A model generated the notes under the pieces. It did not search any database. It was not told where the DNA came from and saw only the letters and a list, made by a program, of their open reading frames with translations. DNA of 64,000 nt, taken from positions 20,146 through 84,145 of the forward strand of contig CAVSGN010000008.1 of assembly GCA_963727515.1 (NCBI GenBank), read 5' to 3'. Positions 29,210 through 41,200 of the stretch are shown one piece after another. The stretch is from an uncultured Thermoleophilia bacterium (lineage in GTDB: Bacteria; Actinomycetota; Thermoleophilia; Gaiellales; Gaiellaceae). Within the stretch, counting starts at the first letter, position 1. The number at the start of each line of letters is the position of its first letter. Made by a program: the position numbers and the translations under genes.

Positions 29210-30633
29210 CTACACCGCCGCGTGCGCGAGGATGCTCGGCTCGGCCGATGCCATCCGCACGGCGTTCCGTGGGAGCTGGTAGCGGGCGTACGGCAGGATC
29301 GCCACCTTGGCGTCTGCGCCGTGGCGTGCCATCGCGGCTGCGAATGCCTCGTCGAGCGAGCGTCGTCGCCTCGATCCCGATGTCGGCCGCCATGGCGAGG
29401 TTCTCCTCCAGCGTCACGACCGTCAGGTGCTTGCGCGTCATCACCTCGTAGATCGGCACCCAGATGCAGCCGGCCCACATCTGGATCTCGCGCATGTGGA
29501 TGTCGTGCAGCACCTTCTGGTAGTTCTCGGTCGTCGCAGGCATGTACGGCTTCATCAGATCCATGAGCGCGAAGCCGGGGAAGTCGCCGATCGCGGTCGA
29601 GACACCGGGAGACGGGCTCGTGTAGATGATCGTGCCGCCGTCCTTGAGCACGAGATCGGCGGACATGCAGCCCCAGCCCGTGTGGAAGAAGAGATGGTCG
29701 GTCGGCGCGAAGACGCCGCAGATGACGATGTCGGCCTGCCCCTTCTCCTCGACCCAGCTGTCGTAGGCGTAGATCGCGTTGAAGCGCCGGATCGCCTCGC
29801 GGTGCGCCTCGGGGTGGGAGCCGAAGATGCAGTCGATCACGCGACCGTGCGTGTCGAGGATGACGTTCATCGTGCAGTCGAGGCCGCACATCGTCGCGAC
29901 CTCGTCGATATCCGAGCGCATCGGGCCGGCGTAGGCGCCGTAGTGCGTCTGTGGCGAGGTGACGAACGCGCAGTGATTCGACTCGACCGTCGCGTCCGAG
30001 ACGACGCCCGGCAGGATCAGCTTGCCGCCTCCCCCTGCGCCCCAGTGGTTCGCCTGCGCCTGACCGATCGTGATCTTGAGCTCGGCCGACGCCACCTCGT
30101 TGTGCAGCCAGACGGGAGTCCCGCCCGACGAGACGCCGACGAACGTGTAGACGTCCGGGTTCTGGGGGTCGTTCTGGTGGAAGGCCCAGCCGTTCGCCTC
30201 CATCCGGGCGAGGTTGTCGCGCCCGATCTTCTGCTCCATGTCCGACTCGGACATCGGGAAGACCTTGCCGTTGGCGCACACGACGCGAACGTCGCTAACT
30301 CCGGCGGCCTCGATGGCGTCGAATACAGGAGGCAGCAACTTCGAGGAGGGGGTGGGTCGAAACTGGTTGTCGATGATCACTGCGATGCTCGTCTTGCCGG
30401 AGAGAAGCGCGGCGAAGCTCGGCCCGTCGAACGGCTCGGCGAGAGCCGACGTGCCGCCTCGGTCGAGTCGCCGACCGGGGACGGCTCGTCCGGGTAGATC
30501 GCCGCGACGAGGTTGGCCGCGGGGATATCGAGCTAAGGGTGTCCCGGTGCTTCTTCGACTCGTCATCGGTCGCACCGATCGCGAGGGGATCCATCGACTC
30601 GTACGGGATCACGGCATGGTAGGTATCGCTCAT
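29210..30633 (-). CDS. LarA/DUF2088 (nickel-pincer lactate racemase superfamily) homolog; frameshifts about 30530-30450 and 29355
   Basis: IAVIIDNQFRPTP, GTPVWLHNEV, NHWGAGGGGKLILPGV, ESNH, PEAH, ADIVI, DGGTII, ILPY: LarA-like order of motifs. Confidence 0.75.
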
Positions 30634-30831
30634 CTGCCCTCCAGAGGTGTCATTGCGTCCACCTCGAGGCTAGGCGCTACAGGTGGCAGCGGTCAAGCAG
30701 ATCATCGATCCCGAAGCGATCGGCTGCATCGTCCCTATGGACGAGGCGCCGTCGTGGCGCTGTCAGAAAGAATCGATTATCGCTCGCTCTCTGTTGTGTC
30801 CACCCCGGTTCGTTGTTAGGTTCGTCTCCGC

Positions 30832-31962
30832 GTGAACGATAAGACTGCACAACTCGACATCCGGCAACTCGCCCCCAAGCTCGCCGTCGGGCTCCTCGTG
30901 GGGTTCGTGCTGCTCTACGTGATCGTCCTTGCGAAGCCGGTGGACGAGTTCGGCACGGGTGGCTGGCGATCGACCAACACCGGCTCTGCGATCGACAACC
31001 CCGGGGCTCTGGTCTACACCTTGCTCGACGCGATCACGTTCGCCGGGCTCCTCTTCATCGTCGCGAGCGGCTTCTCGCTCATCTTCGGGCTCATGCGCAC
31101 CGTCAACATGGCCCACGGCTCCCTCTACCTCCTCGGCGCCTACATCGCGTACGAGGTCCAGCAGAGGATGACCGGGCAGGGCTTCTCTGTCCAGCCGACC
31201 GAGGTCAACACGTGGGAATGGGTCGTCCCTCTCCTCGTCGCGATGTCGGTCATCGCCGTCGTCGGCGTCCTGATCCAGCAGCTCTTCCTGCGTTGGAACC
31301 AGGGTCAGGATCTCCGACAGGCGCTGATCACGATCGCGATCTCGGTGATCGTCGCCGATCAGGTGATCGCTCACTTCCCGCGCAGCGTCCCCGACGGCTC
31401 GGCGCGATTCGGGGGGAACGCCGTGAGCCTCGGCTGGCCCGGCTGGACGAACCGCCTCGTCGATCTCCACGTGTGGGACACGAGCTACTCGCTCGCCCGG
31501 CTGGTCATGCTCGCGCTCGGCGTGTCGGTCGGGATCGGGCTCTGGCTCTGGCTCTACAAGACGAGGACGGGGATGGTCATCCGCGCCGGGGTCGACGACC
31601 CGCAGATGACCTCCGCGATCGGCATCAACATCCAGGTCTTCTTTGCGATCGCGTTCGCCGTCGGCGCGGCTCTCGTCGCTCTCGGCGCGACCGTCGGTAC
31701 CTCGCAGGGCAACATCTCGCAGGGCCAGGACGGGGTCTGGCTGCTGTATTCGCTCGTCGTCGTGATCATCGGCGGCATGGGCTCGCTGCTCGGCGCCGTC
31801 GCCGGGTCGCTGCTCTTCGGGCTCGTCACCGCGTTCTCCGTCACGTACCTGCCGGTTTCGGGTACCGATTGCTGCACGCAGTACTCGCCGGTCCTCACGT
31901 TCGTGCTGATGGCGGTCGTGCTCGCGTTCCGGCCGCAGGGGCTCTTCGGGAGGGCCGGATGA
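30832..31962 (+). CDS. Branched-chain amino acid-type ABC transporter permease (LivH-like)
   Basis: ASGFSLIFGLMRTVNMAHG, KTRTGMVIRAGVDD, VVIIGGMGSL.GAV, RPQGLFGR. Confidence 0.92.
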   Translation: MNDKTAQLDIRQLAPKLAVGLLVGFVLLYVIVLAKPVDEFGTGGWRSTNTGSAIDNPGALVYTLLDAITFAGLLFIVASGFSLIFGLMRTVNMAHGSLYLLGAYIAYEVQQRMTGQGFSVQPTEVNTWEWVVPLLVAMSVIAVVGVLIQQLFLRWNQGQDLRQALITIAISVIVADQVIAHFPRSVPDGSARFGGNAVSLGWPGWTNRLVDLHVWDTSYSLARLVMLALGVSVGIGLWLWLYKTRTGMVIRAGVDDPQMTSAIGINIQVFFAIAFAVGAALVALGATVGTSQGNISQGQDGVWLLYSLVVVIIGGMGSLLGAVAGSLLFGLVTAFSVTYLPVSGTDCCTQYSPVLTFVLMAVVLAFRPQGLFGRAG

Positions 31963-33021
31963 CCCTCTCCTCCACGAAGGCCCTCGTCGAGCGGAGCATC
32001 GGTGTCGGCGTGCTCGATCCTCGCGTTGCTGGCACCCGTCCTCGTCTCGGACTTCTGGCTCGACACGGTTCTCACCCAGACCTTCATCCTCGGCATCGGG
32101 GCCGCGAGCCTCGTGTTCCTCTCCGCCTACGGCGGGATGATCTCGCTGGCGCAGGCGGGTCTGATGGGCATCGCCGGATATGCGCTCGGGAACATGGTCA
32201 CCCAGAACGTGCCGGGCGGTGAGACCAAGGGGCTCCTGCTCGGGTGGAATCCGTCGCTCGCCGTCGTCCTCGCCATCCTGTTGACGGTGGGCCTCGGGTT
32301 CATCTTCGGTGCCGTCGCGTCACGGAGCTTCGGGATCTACTTCCTGATGCTCACTCTCACGTACTCGGTGATCGCGTACCTGTTCGTCAGCCAGGTGACG
32401 CAGGTCGGCGGCTTCTCACCGATCGCCGGCGTCGACGAGTACACCCCGGGATTCATCGGAGACGTCGTCAACGACCGGCAGCGGCTGTACTACGTCGCGC
32501 TCGGCGTTGCGATCGTCATCTACGGGCTGATCCGCTACCTCGTACGGACACCGTTCGGGATCTCGTTGCAGGGGATCCGCGACGAGCCTTCGCGGATGGC
32601 GTCGCTCGGCTACAACGTCGCGTTGCACCGGACTCTTGCCTTCGGCATCGGCGCGTTCGTGGCTGCGGTCGGTGGTGTCCTCTTTGCCTGGTGGTCGGGG
32701 CAGCTCTCGCCGTCGAACATCGGCCTCGCCGCGACGATCGAGTTGCTCGTGATCGCGGTGATCGGAGGGCTCGGCCGGATCGAAGGCGCCTGGCTCGGCG
32801 CGTTTGCCTACATCGTGATCAACAACGAGGTGACGAACAGGATCCCGGCCGACGGGCTGCCGGTGGTAGGCGGTACCTTCAACACGGTCATCGGCGTCGT
32901 GTTTCTGGCGATCGTGATCGCGTCCCCCGACGGACTCGTCGGGATCTGGGACAGACTTTGGGATCTCGCGCGTTCGCGAGAGCCCGAGCAGCCCGCCGCC
33001 GAGGCGAGCGCGGCAGGGTGA
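31959..33021 (+). CDS. Branched-chain amino acid-type ABC transporter permease (LivM-like; frameshift about 32010)
   Basis: GMISLAQAG, GIYFLMLTL, RTPFG.SLQGIRDEP, VIGGLG..EGAWLGA, PDGLVG. Confidence 0.88.
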
Positions 33022-33081
33022 GGAGGAGGCGGGGAAGGAGGTCGGAGTCGGCTCGATGAAGGGCTTGCAACGGAGTTCGAG

Positions 33082-33095
33082 GGAATATGTATTCC
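33082..33095. promoter_or_regulatory. Inverted repeat upstream of substrate-binding protein gene
   Basis: GGAATA-TG-TATTCC in an AT-rich 100-nt spacer, 26 nt upstream of the ATG. Confidence 0.35.
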
Positions 33096-33121
33096 AATCA
33101 TCCAACGAAGGAGGAACGGCA

Positions 33122-34528
33122 ATGAAGCGACGACAGGGGTGGGCAATCCGCCTCCTCGTCTCGATCGGGGTGATCGCGGTCGGAATCGCCGCGATCGCGT
33201 CCGTATCGATGGCGTCCTCAGCGGCGACGGGCACGGTCCGCGTCGCGATCATGAGCGACTGCAAGGGAGCCTTCGGTTTCGCGCAGGAGCTCGGAATCGG
33301 TGGCGCCCAGACTGCGTTCGCCCAGTTCGCGAAGGGCAAGGTGAAGAACAAGAAGAAGCCGTCGGCGGGCATGACCGGCATCACCGCGGGTGGCAAGAAC
33401 ATCAGCATCGTCGGCTACGGCTGCGGTGACGACACTCCGGCGACCGCCCTCAAGGAGGTTCGCCGGCTAATGCAGCAGCAGAAGGCCGACGTCCTCATCG
33501 GGCCGCTCTCGGGTGACGAGGCAGTTGCCATCGCCAACTGGGCCAAGCCGCGGCCGGCGAAGACGGTCATCATCGGCACGGCCGGGTCGCAGGATCCGAC
33601 GCTGCAGATCGCGCCGAAGAACGTGTTCCGCTACCACGGCGACGGCGCCCAGTGGAACGCAGGCATCGGTGAGATCGTCTACAAGAAGCTCGGCTGGCGC
33701 AGTGCTGCGATCATCATGGACGACTACTCGTTCGGGTGGACGTCTGCGGCAGGCATCATCGCCGACTTCTGCGCGATCGGCGGCAAGATCACGAAGCGCG
33801 TGTATCCGCCGCTGAACACGACCGACTACTCGTCGTACGTCCGCCAGTTGCCCAAGCCGGGTGACGTGGACGGCTACTTCTGGGTCGTCGGCGGCACGGG
33901 CACAGGCCCGGCGCTGAAGGCGTTCGAGCAGGCCTACGGCCCGATCAACGCGAAGCAGCATTCCGGCAACCTGTTCCTCTGGTTCCTGACCGGGAAGGAC
34001 GATGTCGCCCCGCGCATGATCGGCGCGTACGTCGGCGGCTTCGGGACGGCGCCCGGGTTGAAGGGCGTCACGGCCACAAACCAGTACCGGAAGTTCGTGG
34101 CGAAGACCTATTCGGGGATGCCCTCGGACGACGGGTTCTTCTACAACTACTACCAGGGCGCGCGCGCACTGGTTCAGGGCCTGAACGGCTCCAACGGTGC
34201 CGTGGGTGCCAAGCTGCAGGCGAACATGCCGCGGTCGATTTTCGCCCCGTTCGAGCTCTCGGACAACGGCAAGGTCAAGCTCGACGCGAACCGCCAGGCG
34301 ATCCAGGATCAGTGGCCGGTTCAGATCATCAAGGGCGCGGACGGTGGCCCGGCGATCACGCTCACCGGGTACGTCCCGAACGTGAATCAGTCGTTCGGTG
34401 GCCTGTTCACGAAGAACAGCCCGCCCCCGAGCCGCACGCAGCCTCCGTGCGTGAAGAAGAAGCTGCCGTGGCAGGGCCATATCCGTGTGGTCAAGAACGG
34501 CCGCGTTACCAAGCAGGTCATCAAGTAA
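33122..34528 (+). CDS. ABC transporter substrate-binding protein (Leu/Ile/Val-binding type)
   Basis: Signal peptide (MKRR + hydrophobic stretch + ASMA-SS), VLIGPLSG, DDYSFG, YPPLNTTDYSSY; strong SD AAGGAGG. Confidence 0.9.
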   Translation: MKRRQGWAIRLLVSIGVIAVGIAAIASVSMASSAATGTVRVAIMSDCKGAFGFAQELGIGGAQTAFAQFAKGKVKNKKKPSAGMTGITAGGKNISIVGYGCGDDTPATALKEVRRLMQQQKADVLIGPLSGDEAVAIANWAKPRPAKTVIIGTAGSQDPTLQIAPKNVFRYHGDGAQWNAGIGEIVYKKLGWRSAAIIMDDYSFGWTSAAGIIADFCAIGGKITKRVYPPLNTTDYSSYVRQLPKPGDVDGYFWVVGGTGTGPALKAFEQAYGPINAKQHSGNLFLWFLTGKDDVAPRMIGAYVGGFGTAPGLKGVTATNQYRKFVAKTYSGMPSDDGFFYNYYQGARALVQGLNGSNGAVGAKLQANMPRSIFAPFELSDNGKVKLDANRQAIQDQWPVQIIKGADGGPAITLTGYVPNVNQSFGGLFTKNSPPPSRTQPPCVKKKLPWQGHIRVVKNGRVTKQVIK

Positions 34529-34532
34529 CACG

Positions 34533-35318
34533 GTGACCGATGCAGCAACATCCGCTGCTGACGCCGGCCCGATCCTCCGCTTGCGGGGGGTCGGCCGGCG
34601 TTTCGGCGGCCTGCTCGCCGTGAGCGACGTCGACCTCGACGTCGCTCAGGGTGAGCGTCGCGTTGTGCTCGGCCCGAACGGCGCCGGCAAGACGACGCTG
34701 TTCAACCTCATCTGCGGTGACATGCCTCCGTCCGGCGGCACGATCGAGCTGTTCGGCGAGGGTGTCACCGGGCGACCCCCGCGGGCGCGCGTGAAGCTCG
34801 GCCTCGCCCGCACCTACCAGCAGTCAAAGCTCTTCCTCGGCCTGACGGTCGAGGACAGCATCTACCTCGCCATCGTCGGGGTCGAAGGGGGGCGCCTGCG
34901 ATCGATCCGCCGTCCGGGCCTCGATCGCGAGATGCGGGAGCGCGCGAGGGCAGCTGCCGGTCGCGTGGCGATCGACGGGAAGCTCGGAGACCGCGTCGGC
35001 GACCTCTCGCACGGCGAGCATCGCCAGGTCGCGATCGCGATGGCGCTCGCCGCCAACCCGAGGGTGCTGATGCTCGACGAGCCCGCCTCGGGACTGTCCC
35101 GTGGTGAGCGGGGGCTCCTCACCGACCTGTTGCTCTCGCTCGACCGGTCGATCACTCTCATCCTCATCGAGCACGACATGGACATCGCGCTCACTGTCGC
35201 GGACAGCGTGACGATGATGCACGACGGCCGCGTCATCGTCGAGGGAACGCCGGACGAGATCCGCGCCAACGAGATGGTCCACGATCTCTACCTCGGGCGC
35301 GGGCACCATCATGAGTGA
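34533..35318 (+). CDS. ABC transporter ATP-binding protein (LivG-like)
   Basis: GPNGAGKTT, LSHGEHR, MLDEPASG, IEHDMD. Confidence 0.93.
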   Translation: MTDAATSAADAGPILRLRGVGRRFGGLLAVSDVDLDVAQGERRVVLGPNGAGKTTLFNLICGDMPPSGGTIELFGEGVTGRPPRARVKLGLARTYQQSKLFLGLTVEDSIYLAIVGVEGGRLRSIRRPGLDREMRERARAAAGRVAIDGKLGDRVGDLSHGEHRQVAIAMALAANPRVLMLDEPASGLSRGERGLLTDLLLSLDRSITLILIEHDMDIALTVADSVTMMHDGRVIVEGTPDEIRANEMVHDLYLGRGHHHE

Positions 35319-36084
35319 GCAGCCGCAGGCCATGATGCCTCCTCCCGTGGCAGAGACCGAGACGTTGCTGGAGGTCGAGAACTTGAACGCCTTCTACGGA
35401 AAGGCGCGGGCTCTCGAGGATGTGAGCTTCCGAATGGCGCACGAGTCCGTCGCGATCGTAGGACGGAACGGAATGGGCAAGACGACGCTGTGCAACGCGA
35501 TCATGGGCATCGCTCCTCCGTCCGCGACCGGCTCGATTCGCTTTGCGGGCGAAGAGATCATCGGTGGTCACTCGTACCGGATCGCGCGGGATGGGATCGG
35601 CTACGTCCCGCAGGGGCGGCGTCTCTTTCCCTCGCTCACCGTCGACGAGCATCTGAGAATCGCTTCCCGGGGCGCGACGACGGACGGCGGCAGCGATTGG
35701 ACGAGGGAGAGGGTCTACGACCTCTTCCCGCGTCTTGCTGAGCGGAAGCGCAACGGTGGCGCGCAACTCTCGGGCGGCGAGCAGCAGATGGTCGCCATCG
35801 GCCGTGCGCTCGTCACGAACCCGCGCCTGCTGATCATGGACGAGCCGTCCGAGGGACTGGCCCCCGCGATCATCGAGACCATGGTCGAGACGTTCCAGCG
35901 ACTCGAGAGCGAGGGGCTCGCGATCCTCCTGATCGAGCAGAACCTCGGCGTCGCGACCGCGCTCGCAACGCGCCAGCTGATCATGGTCGCCGGAAGCATT
36001 GCCACCGAGACCACCGCTGACGTGCTCTCCGGCGATCCGGAGCTGCAGCGACGCTACCTCGGCGTGGAGCCGCTGGCCAAGTAG
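35311..36084 (+). CDS. ABC transporter ATP-binding protein (LivF-like)
   Basis: GRNGMGKTT, VPQGRRLFPSLTV, LSGGEQQM, MDEPSEGLAP, IEQN. Confidence 0.93.
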   Translation: MSEQPQAMMPPPVAETETLLEVENLNAFYGKARALEDVSFRMAHESVAIVGRNGMGKTTLCNAIMGIAPPSATGSIRFAGEEIIGGHSYRIARDGIGYVPQGRRLFPSLTVDEHLRIASRGATTDGGSDWTRERVYDLFPRLAERKRNGGAQLSGGEQQMVAIGRALVTNPRLLIMDEPSEGLAPAIIETMVETFQRLESEGLAILLIEQNLGVATALATRQLIMVAGSIATETTADVLSGDPELQRRYLGVEPLAK

Positions 36085-36116
36085 GCTGTCCCCAGCTTGA
36101 CTCTCTGCGAACCATC

Positions 36117-37036
<920 letters not shown>

Positions 37037-37037
<1 letters not shown>

Positions 37038-38254
37038 TGCCAACCGTCGTGCTCGTGGGAACGCTCGACACGAAAGGCGAGGAATATGCCTTCCTCGCCG
37101 ACCGAATCCGGGAGCAGGGGGTCGATGTCGTCCTCGTCGATGCAGGCATCATCGGGGCGCCGTTGGCGACTCCGGACGTGACGCGGGAGGAGGTCGCGGC
37201 GGCTGTCGGTGAAGACGTCGAAGCGCTCGCCGCGGCGGGTGACCGTGGCGCCGCGGTCGAGGCGATGTCGCGCGGCGCCGCCGAGATCGTCAAGCGCCTC
37301 TACGAGGATGGCAGGCTGGACGCTGTCGGGGGCCTCGGCGGTTCCGGCGGCTCGTCGCTTGCCACCTACGCGATGCGGCAGCTGCCGATCGGCGTCCCGA
37401 AGCTGATGGTCTCGACCGTCGCCTCGGGCGACACGAGCCCGTACGTCGGCTCGGTCGACGTGACGATGATGTACTCCGTCGTCGACATCGCGGGGATCAA
37501 CCAGGTGTCGGCGCAGATCATGACGAACGCTGCAGCGGCCCTCGCGGGCATGGCGAAAGCGATCGTGCCGCCGCTCGGCGAGAAGAAGCCGTTGATCACC
37601 GCGTCGATGTTCGGCGTCACGACGGCAGCGGTCACGACGGCGCGCGAGCGGCTCGAGGAGCTCGGGTACGAGGTTCTCGTCTTCCATCAGACGGGCGCCG
37701 GAGGCGGGTCGATGGAGGCGTTGATCGAGGCAGGCTTCATCGCCGGCTCGCTCGACGTGACGACGACCGAGTTCTGTGACCTGGTCGCGGGCGGCGCGCT
37801 CGTCGCCGTGCCGGAGCGTCTCGAGTCTGCCGGCAAGCGCGGGATCCCGCAGGTCGTCTCGCTCGGCGCGCTCGACATGGTCAACTTCGGCCCGATGGAC
37901 ACGGTTCCCGAGCGCTATCGCGACCGGAACCTCTACGTCCACAACCCGACGATCACCCTGATGCGGACGACACCGGACGAGTGCCGGGAGATCGCCCGGA
38001 TCATCGCCGGGAAGCTCAACGCGGCGACGGGCCCGACCGAGCTGTTCGTGCCGCTCGGGGGCGTGTCCGCGATCGCTACCGAGGGTCAGGTCTTCTACGA
38101 CGCGGAAGCGGACGCGGCGCTCTTCGGGACGATCCGTGAGCTCGTCGACACCTCCAAGGTGACGGTGCACGAGATCGACACGGACGTGAACGACCCGGCC
38201 TTCGCGCTCGCGATGGCGAACCGCCTGCACGAGCTGATCGAGGCGTCGGCATGA
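37037..38254 (+). CDS. Tm-1-like ATP-binding domain protein (UPF0261)
   Basis: [70 protein letters not shown]. Confidence 0.9.
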
Positions 38255-39072
38255 CCAGGTCCGAGGCACTCGCGCGCCTTCGCGCCCAGATCGCAGCGGG
38301 CAGCCCGATCATCGGGGCCGGCGCGGGCACCGGGCTCTCGGCGAAGCTGGCCGAGGCCGGTGGCGCCGACCTGATCATCATCTACAACTCGGGTCGCTAC
38401 CGCATGGGCGGGCGCGGCTCGCTCGCCGGGCTGATGCCCTACGGCGACGCGAACGAGATCGTCGTCGACATGTCGCGTGAGGTGCTACCGGTCGTCAAGC
38501 ACACGCCCGTGCTGGCCGGCGTCTGCGGCACCGATCCGTTCCGCCTGATGCCCGTGTTCATCGCCGAGCTGAAACGGATCGGGTTCAGCGGTATCCAGAA
38601 CTTCCCTACGGTCGGCCTGATCGACGGCACGTTCCGCGTCAATCTCGAGGAGACGGGCATGGGCTACGGCCTCGAGGTCGACGCCGTCAGGATCGCGCAC
38701 GAGCTCGATCTCCTGACCGCCCCGTACGTCTTCAGCGACGACGATGCCGCGGCGATGGCGGAGGCCGGGGCGGACGTTCTCGTCCCCCACATGGGGTTGA
38801 CGACGGGCGGCTCGATCGGCGCGGACACGGCGAAGACGCTCGACGACTGCGTCCCGTTGATCCAGGGGATGCACGACGCGGCGAAGCGCGTCAATCCCGA
38901 TGTCATCGTGCTCTGCCACGGCGGCCCGATCGCCGAGCCGGACGATGCTGCCTACATCCTCGCCCGCACGGAGGGCGTCGTCGGATTCTTCGGGGCCTCG
39001 TCGATGGAGCGGCTGCCGACCGAGGTCGCGATGACCGAGAACATGAAGCGCTTCAAGTCAATCCCCGTCTGA
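38251..39072 (+). CDS. TIM-barrel 'PEP hydrolase-like' protein (Tm-1 C-terminal homolog)
   Basis: [73 protein letters not shown]. Confidence 0.92.
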   Translation: MTRSEALARLRAQIAAGSPIIGAGAGTGLSAKLAEAGGADLIIIYNSGRYRMGGRGSLAGLMPYGDANEIVVDMSREVLPVVKHTPVLAGVCGTDPFRLMPVFIAELKRIGFSGIQNFPTVGLIDGTFRVNLEETGMGYGLEVDAVRIAHELDLLTAPYVFSDDDAAAMAEAGADVLVPHMGLTTGGSIGADTAKTLDDCVPLIQGMHDAAKRVNPDVIVLCHGGPIAEPDDAAYILARTEGVVGFFGASSMERLPTEVAMTENMKRFKSIPV

Positions 39073-39086
39073 GGCAAGGAGGAACG

Positions 39087-39482
39087 ATGAGCAGGTTCGT
39101 GATGAAGCAGGACGTGGAGATCGCCGACTTCGATTGGGGGAGCGCCGGGATGCGGGTGGACGTGCCGAGCACGGGCTGCTCGACGTTCGTCGTCATGGAC
39201 GTCACGCTCACCCCCGGCAACTGCCACGACTTCCACAAGCACCCCGACCAGGACGAGCTGATCATCGTCAAGTCCGGGCGCGTCGTGCAGTGGCTCGACC
39301 ATGACAATGCGGAGCTCGGCCCGGGCGACTCGGTCTACATCGACAAGGATGTCGTGCACGGATCGTTCAACGACTTCGGCGAGACGGCCGAGCTGCAGGT
39401 GATCCTCGCCCCGGCGAAGGGCGAAGGCGGCTACGAGCTCGTGGACGTCGCCCAGAGCGAGCCCTGGGCGTCGCTGCGCTGA
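39087..39482 (+). CDS. Cupin domain protein
   Basis: HDFHKHPDQDELI and VVHGSFN motifs. Confidence 0.88.
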   Translation: MSRFVMKQDVEIADFDWGSAGMRVDVPSTGCSTFVVMDVTLTPGNCHDFHKHPDQDELIIVKSGRVVQWLDHDNAELGPGDSVYIDKDVVHGSFNDFGETAELQVILAPAKGEGGYELVDVAQSEPWASLR

Positions 39483-40441
39483 TGCAGGCGGTTCGCGTTC
39501 ACGACGGCGGTGAGCTTCGCCACGAGAAAGTCGACGATCCGGTCGCGGCCGCCGGTGAGGTGATCGTCGAGCTGCGGGCGGCGGGGCTGAACCGGCGGGA
39601 CATCCTCGTCGTCGGCGGAACCTATCCGTTCCCGCTGCCCCTGATCCCCGGCTCGGACGGCGCGGGGGTGCGCCGCGACACCGGCGAGGAGGTCATCATC
39701 TACCCGGCCCTCGACTGGGGAGCGAGAGAGGATGCATTCGGCCCCGACTTCCAGATTCTCGGAGGCCCGCGCGACGGCACCTACGCCGAGCTGGTGGCCG
39801 TGCCCGAGGCGAACGTGTTCCCGAAGCCGGCGCGGTTCTCGTGGGAGGAAGCGGCAGCGTTTCCGCTCGCGGCCCTGACGGCGTACCGCGCGTTGTTCTC
39901 GCGCGGTGGCCTCCGGACCGGCGAGACGGTGCTCGTGCTCGGCGCAGGGAGCGGCGTCTCCACGTTCGCCGTGCAGCTCGCGGCGCACGCAGGTGCGCGG
40001 GTTCTCGTCACGTCGTCGTCCGACGAGAAGATCGGGCAGGCGTGTGCTCTCGGCGCCGAGGGTGGCGTCAACTACACGACGGAGGACTGGGTCGCGTGGG
40101 TGAAGGAGCTCGGCGGCGCGGACCTCGTCGTCGACGCGATCGGCTCGACCTGGCCGCAGTCGCTCGACTGCCTCCTACCGGGTGGGCGCTGCGTCGTCTT
40201 CGGCGCCACCGGCGGCACCGAGGCGACGCTCCAGGTGCGACCGTTCTACTTCGGCCAGTTCTCCTTGCTCGGGACGATGATGGGCAGCCCAGCCGACTTC
40301 GAGGGCCTGCTCGGAGCGCTCGAGTCGGGCTCGTGGCGACCCGTGATCGACTCCGTCCGCCCCCTCTCCGATGCCGCCGGCGCGGTCGAGGCTATGGCGA
40401 GTGGAAACCATTTCGGCAAGCTCGTGCTCTCATGCTGCTGA
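39482..40441 (+). CDS. MDR family NAD(P)H:quinone oxidoreductase-like (zinc-binding dehydrogenase superfamily)
   Basis: AAGLNRRD, IPGSDGAG, GTYAE, TAYRAL, LVLGAGSGV, HFGKLVL. Confidence 0.88.
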   Translation: MQAVRVHDGGELRHEKVDDPVAAAGEVIVELRAAGLNRRDILVVGGTYPFPLPLIPGSDGAGVRRDTGEEVIIYPALDWGAREDAFGPDFQILGGPRDGTYAELVAVPEANVFPKPARFSWEEAAAFPLAALTAYRALFSRGGLRTGETVLVLGAGSGVSTFAVQLAAHAGARVLVTSSSDEKIGQACALGAEGGVNYTTEDWVAWVKELGGADLVVDAIGSTWPQSLDCLLPGGRCVVFGATGGTEATLQVRPFYFGQFSLLGTMMGSPADFEGLLGALESGSWRPVIDSVRPLSDAAGAVEAMASGNHFGKLVLSCC

Positions 40442-41181
40442 GCACGACGGAATGGGGAGACCCGGCGGGCAAGCCGATCGTCTGCCTCCACGGCGTCACC
40501 GGGCACGGCCGTCGGTTTCGCCGGCTCGCCGAGGAGCGCCTGCAGAGATATCGCGTCGTCGGCGTCGACTACCGCGGCCACGGCCGGTCGGGCTGGGAGC
40601 CGCCGTGGAGCGTCGAGCAGCACGTCGCCGATCTCCTCGAGACGGCGGACGCGCTCGGGATCTCGGACGCTGCCTGGATCGGGCACAGCTTCGGTGGCAA
40701 GCTCGTCGCCGAGGTAGCGGCGCGCCACCCTGACCGGGTCGTCTGCGCCGTGCTTCTCGATCCGGCCATGCAGATCGACGTTGCGGTCGCAGGAGAGCGC
40801 GCCGACCTGACGCGGGCCGACACCTCGTTCGCGACCGCAGACGAGGCGATCGACGCGCGCCTCGTGGACGGCTCGCTCTTCACGACTCCACGGGAGACGC
40901 TCGAGGAAGAGGCGCGCGAGCATCTCGTCGAAAGCCCGGACGGCCGCCTGCGCTGGCAGTTCGCGCCGGCCGCGGCGATCGTCGCCTGGAGCGAGATGGC
41001 CGCGACCACGCCTCCGTGGCCGCGGTGCTCGACGCTCGTCGTGTGCGGAGAGCGCTCGTGGATTCCGGTCTCCGTGCCGCGCACGGGTCACATCACGCGG
41101 GTTGACGTGCCGGGCGGCCATAGCGTCCTCTGGGACGACTTCGAGGCGACGGCCGACGCGATCCTGCAGTTCCTGAGCTGA
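40432..41181 (+). CDS. Alpha/beta hydrolase
   Basis: LHGVTG, DYRGHG.S, nucleophile elbow GHSFGG, GGH near C-terminus. Confidence 0.88.
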   Translation: MLLSTTEWGDPAGKPIVCLHGVTGHGRRFRRLAEERLQRYRVVGVDYRGHGRSGWEPPWSVEQHVADLLETADALGISDAAWIGHSFGGKLVAEVAARHPDRVVCAVLLDPAMQIDVAVAGERADLTRADTSFATADEAIDARLVDGSLFTTPRETLEEEAREHLVESPDGRLRWQFAPAAAIVAWSEMAATTPPWPRCSTLVVCGERSWIPVSVPRTGHITRVDVPGGHSVLWDDFEATADAILQFLS

Positions 41182-41200
41182 CGGTGGAGGGCAGCGGGTC

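Noticed and set aside
30634-30831. Regulatory RNA between LarA-like gene and ABC permease
   Set aside because: No recognisable motif; weak hairpins are expected at this GC content.
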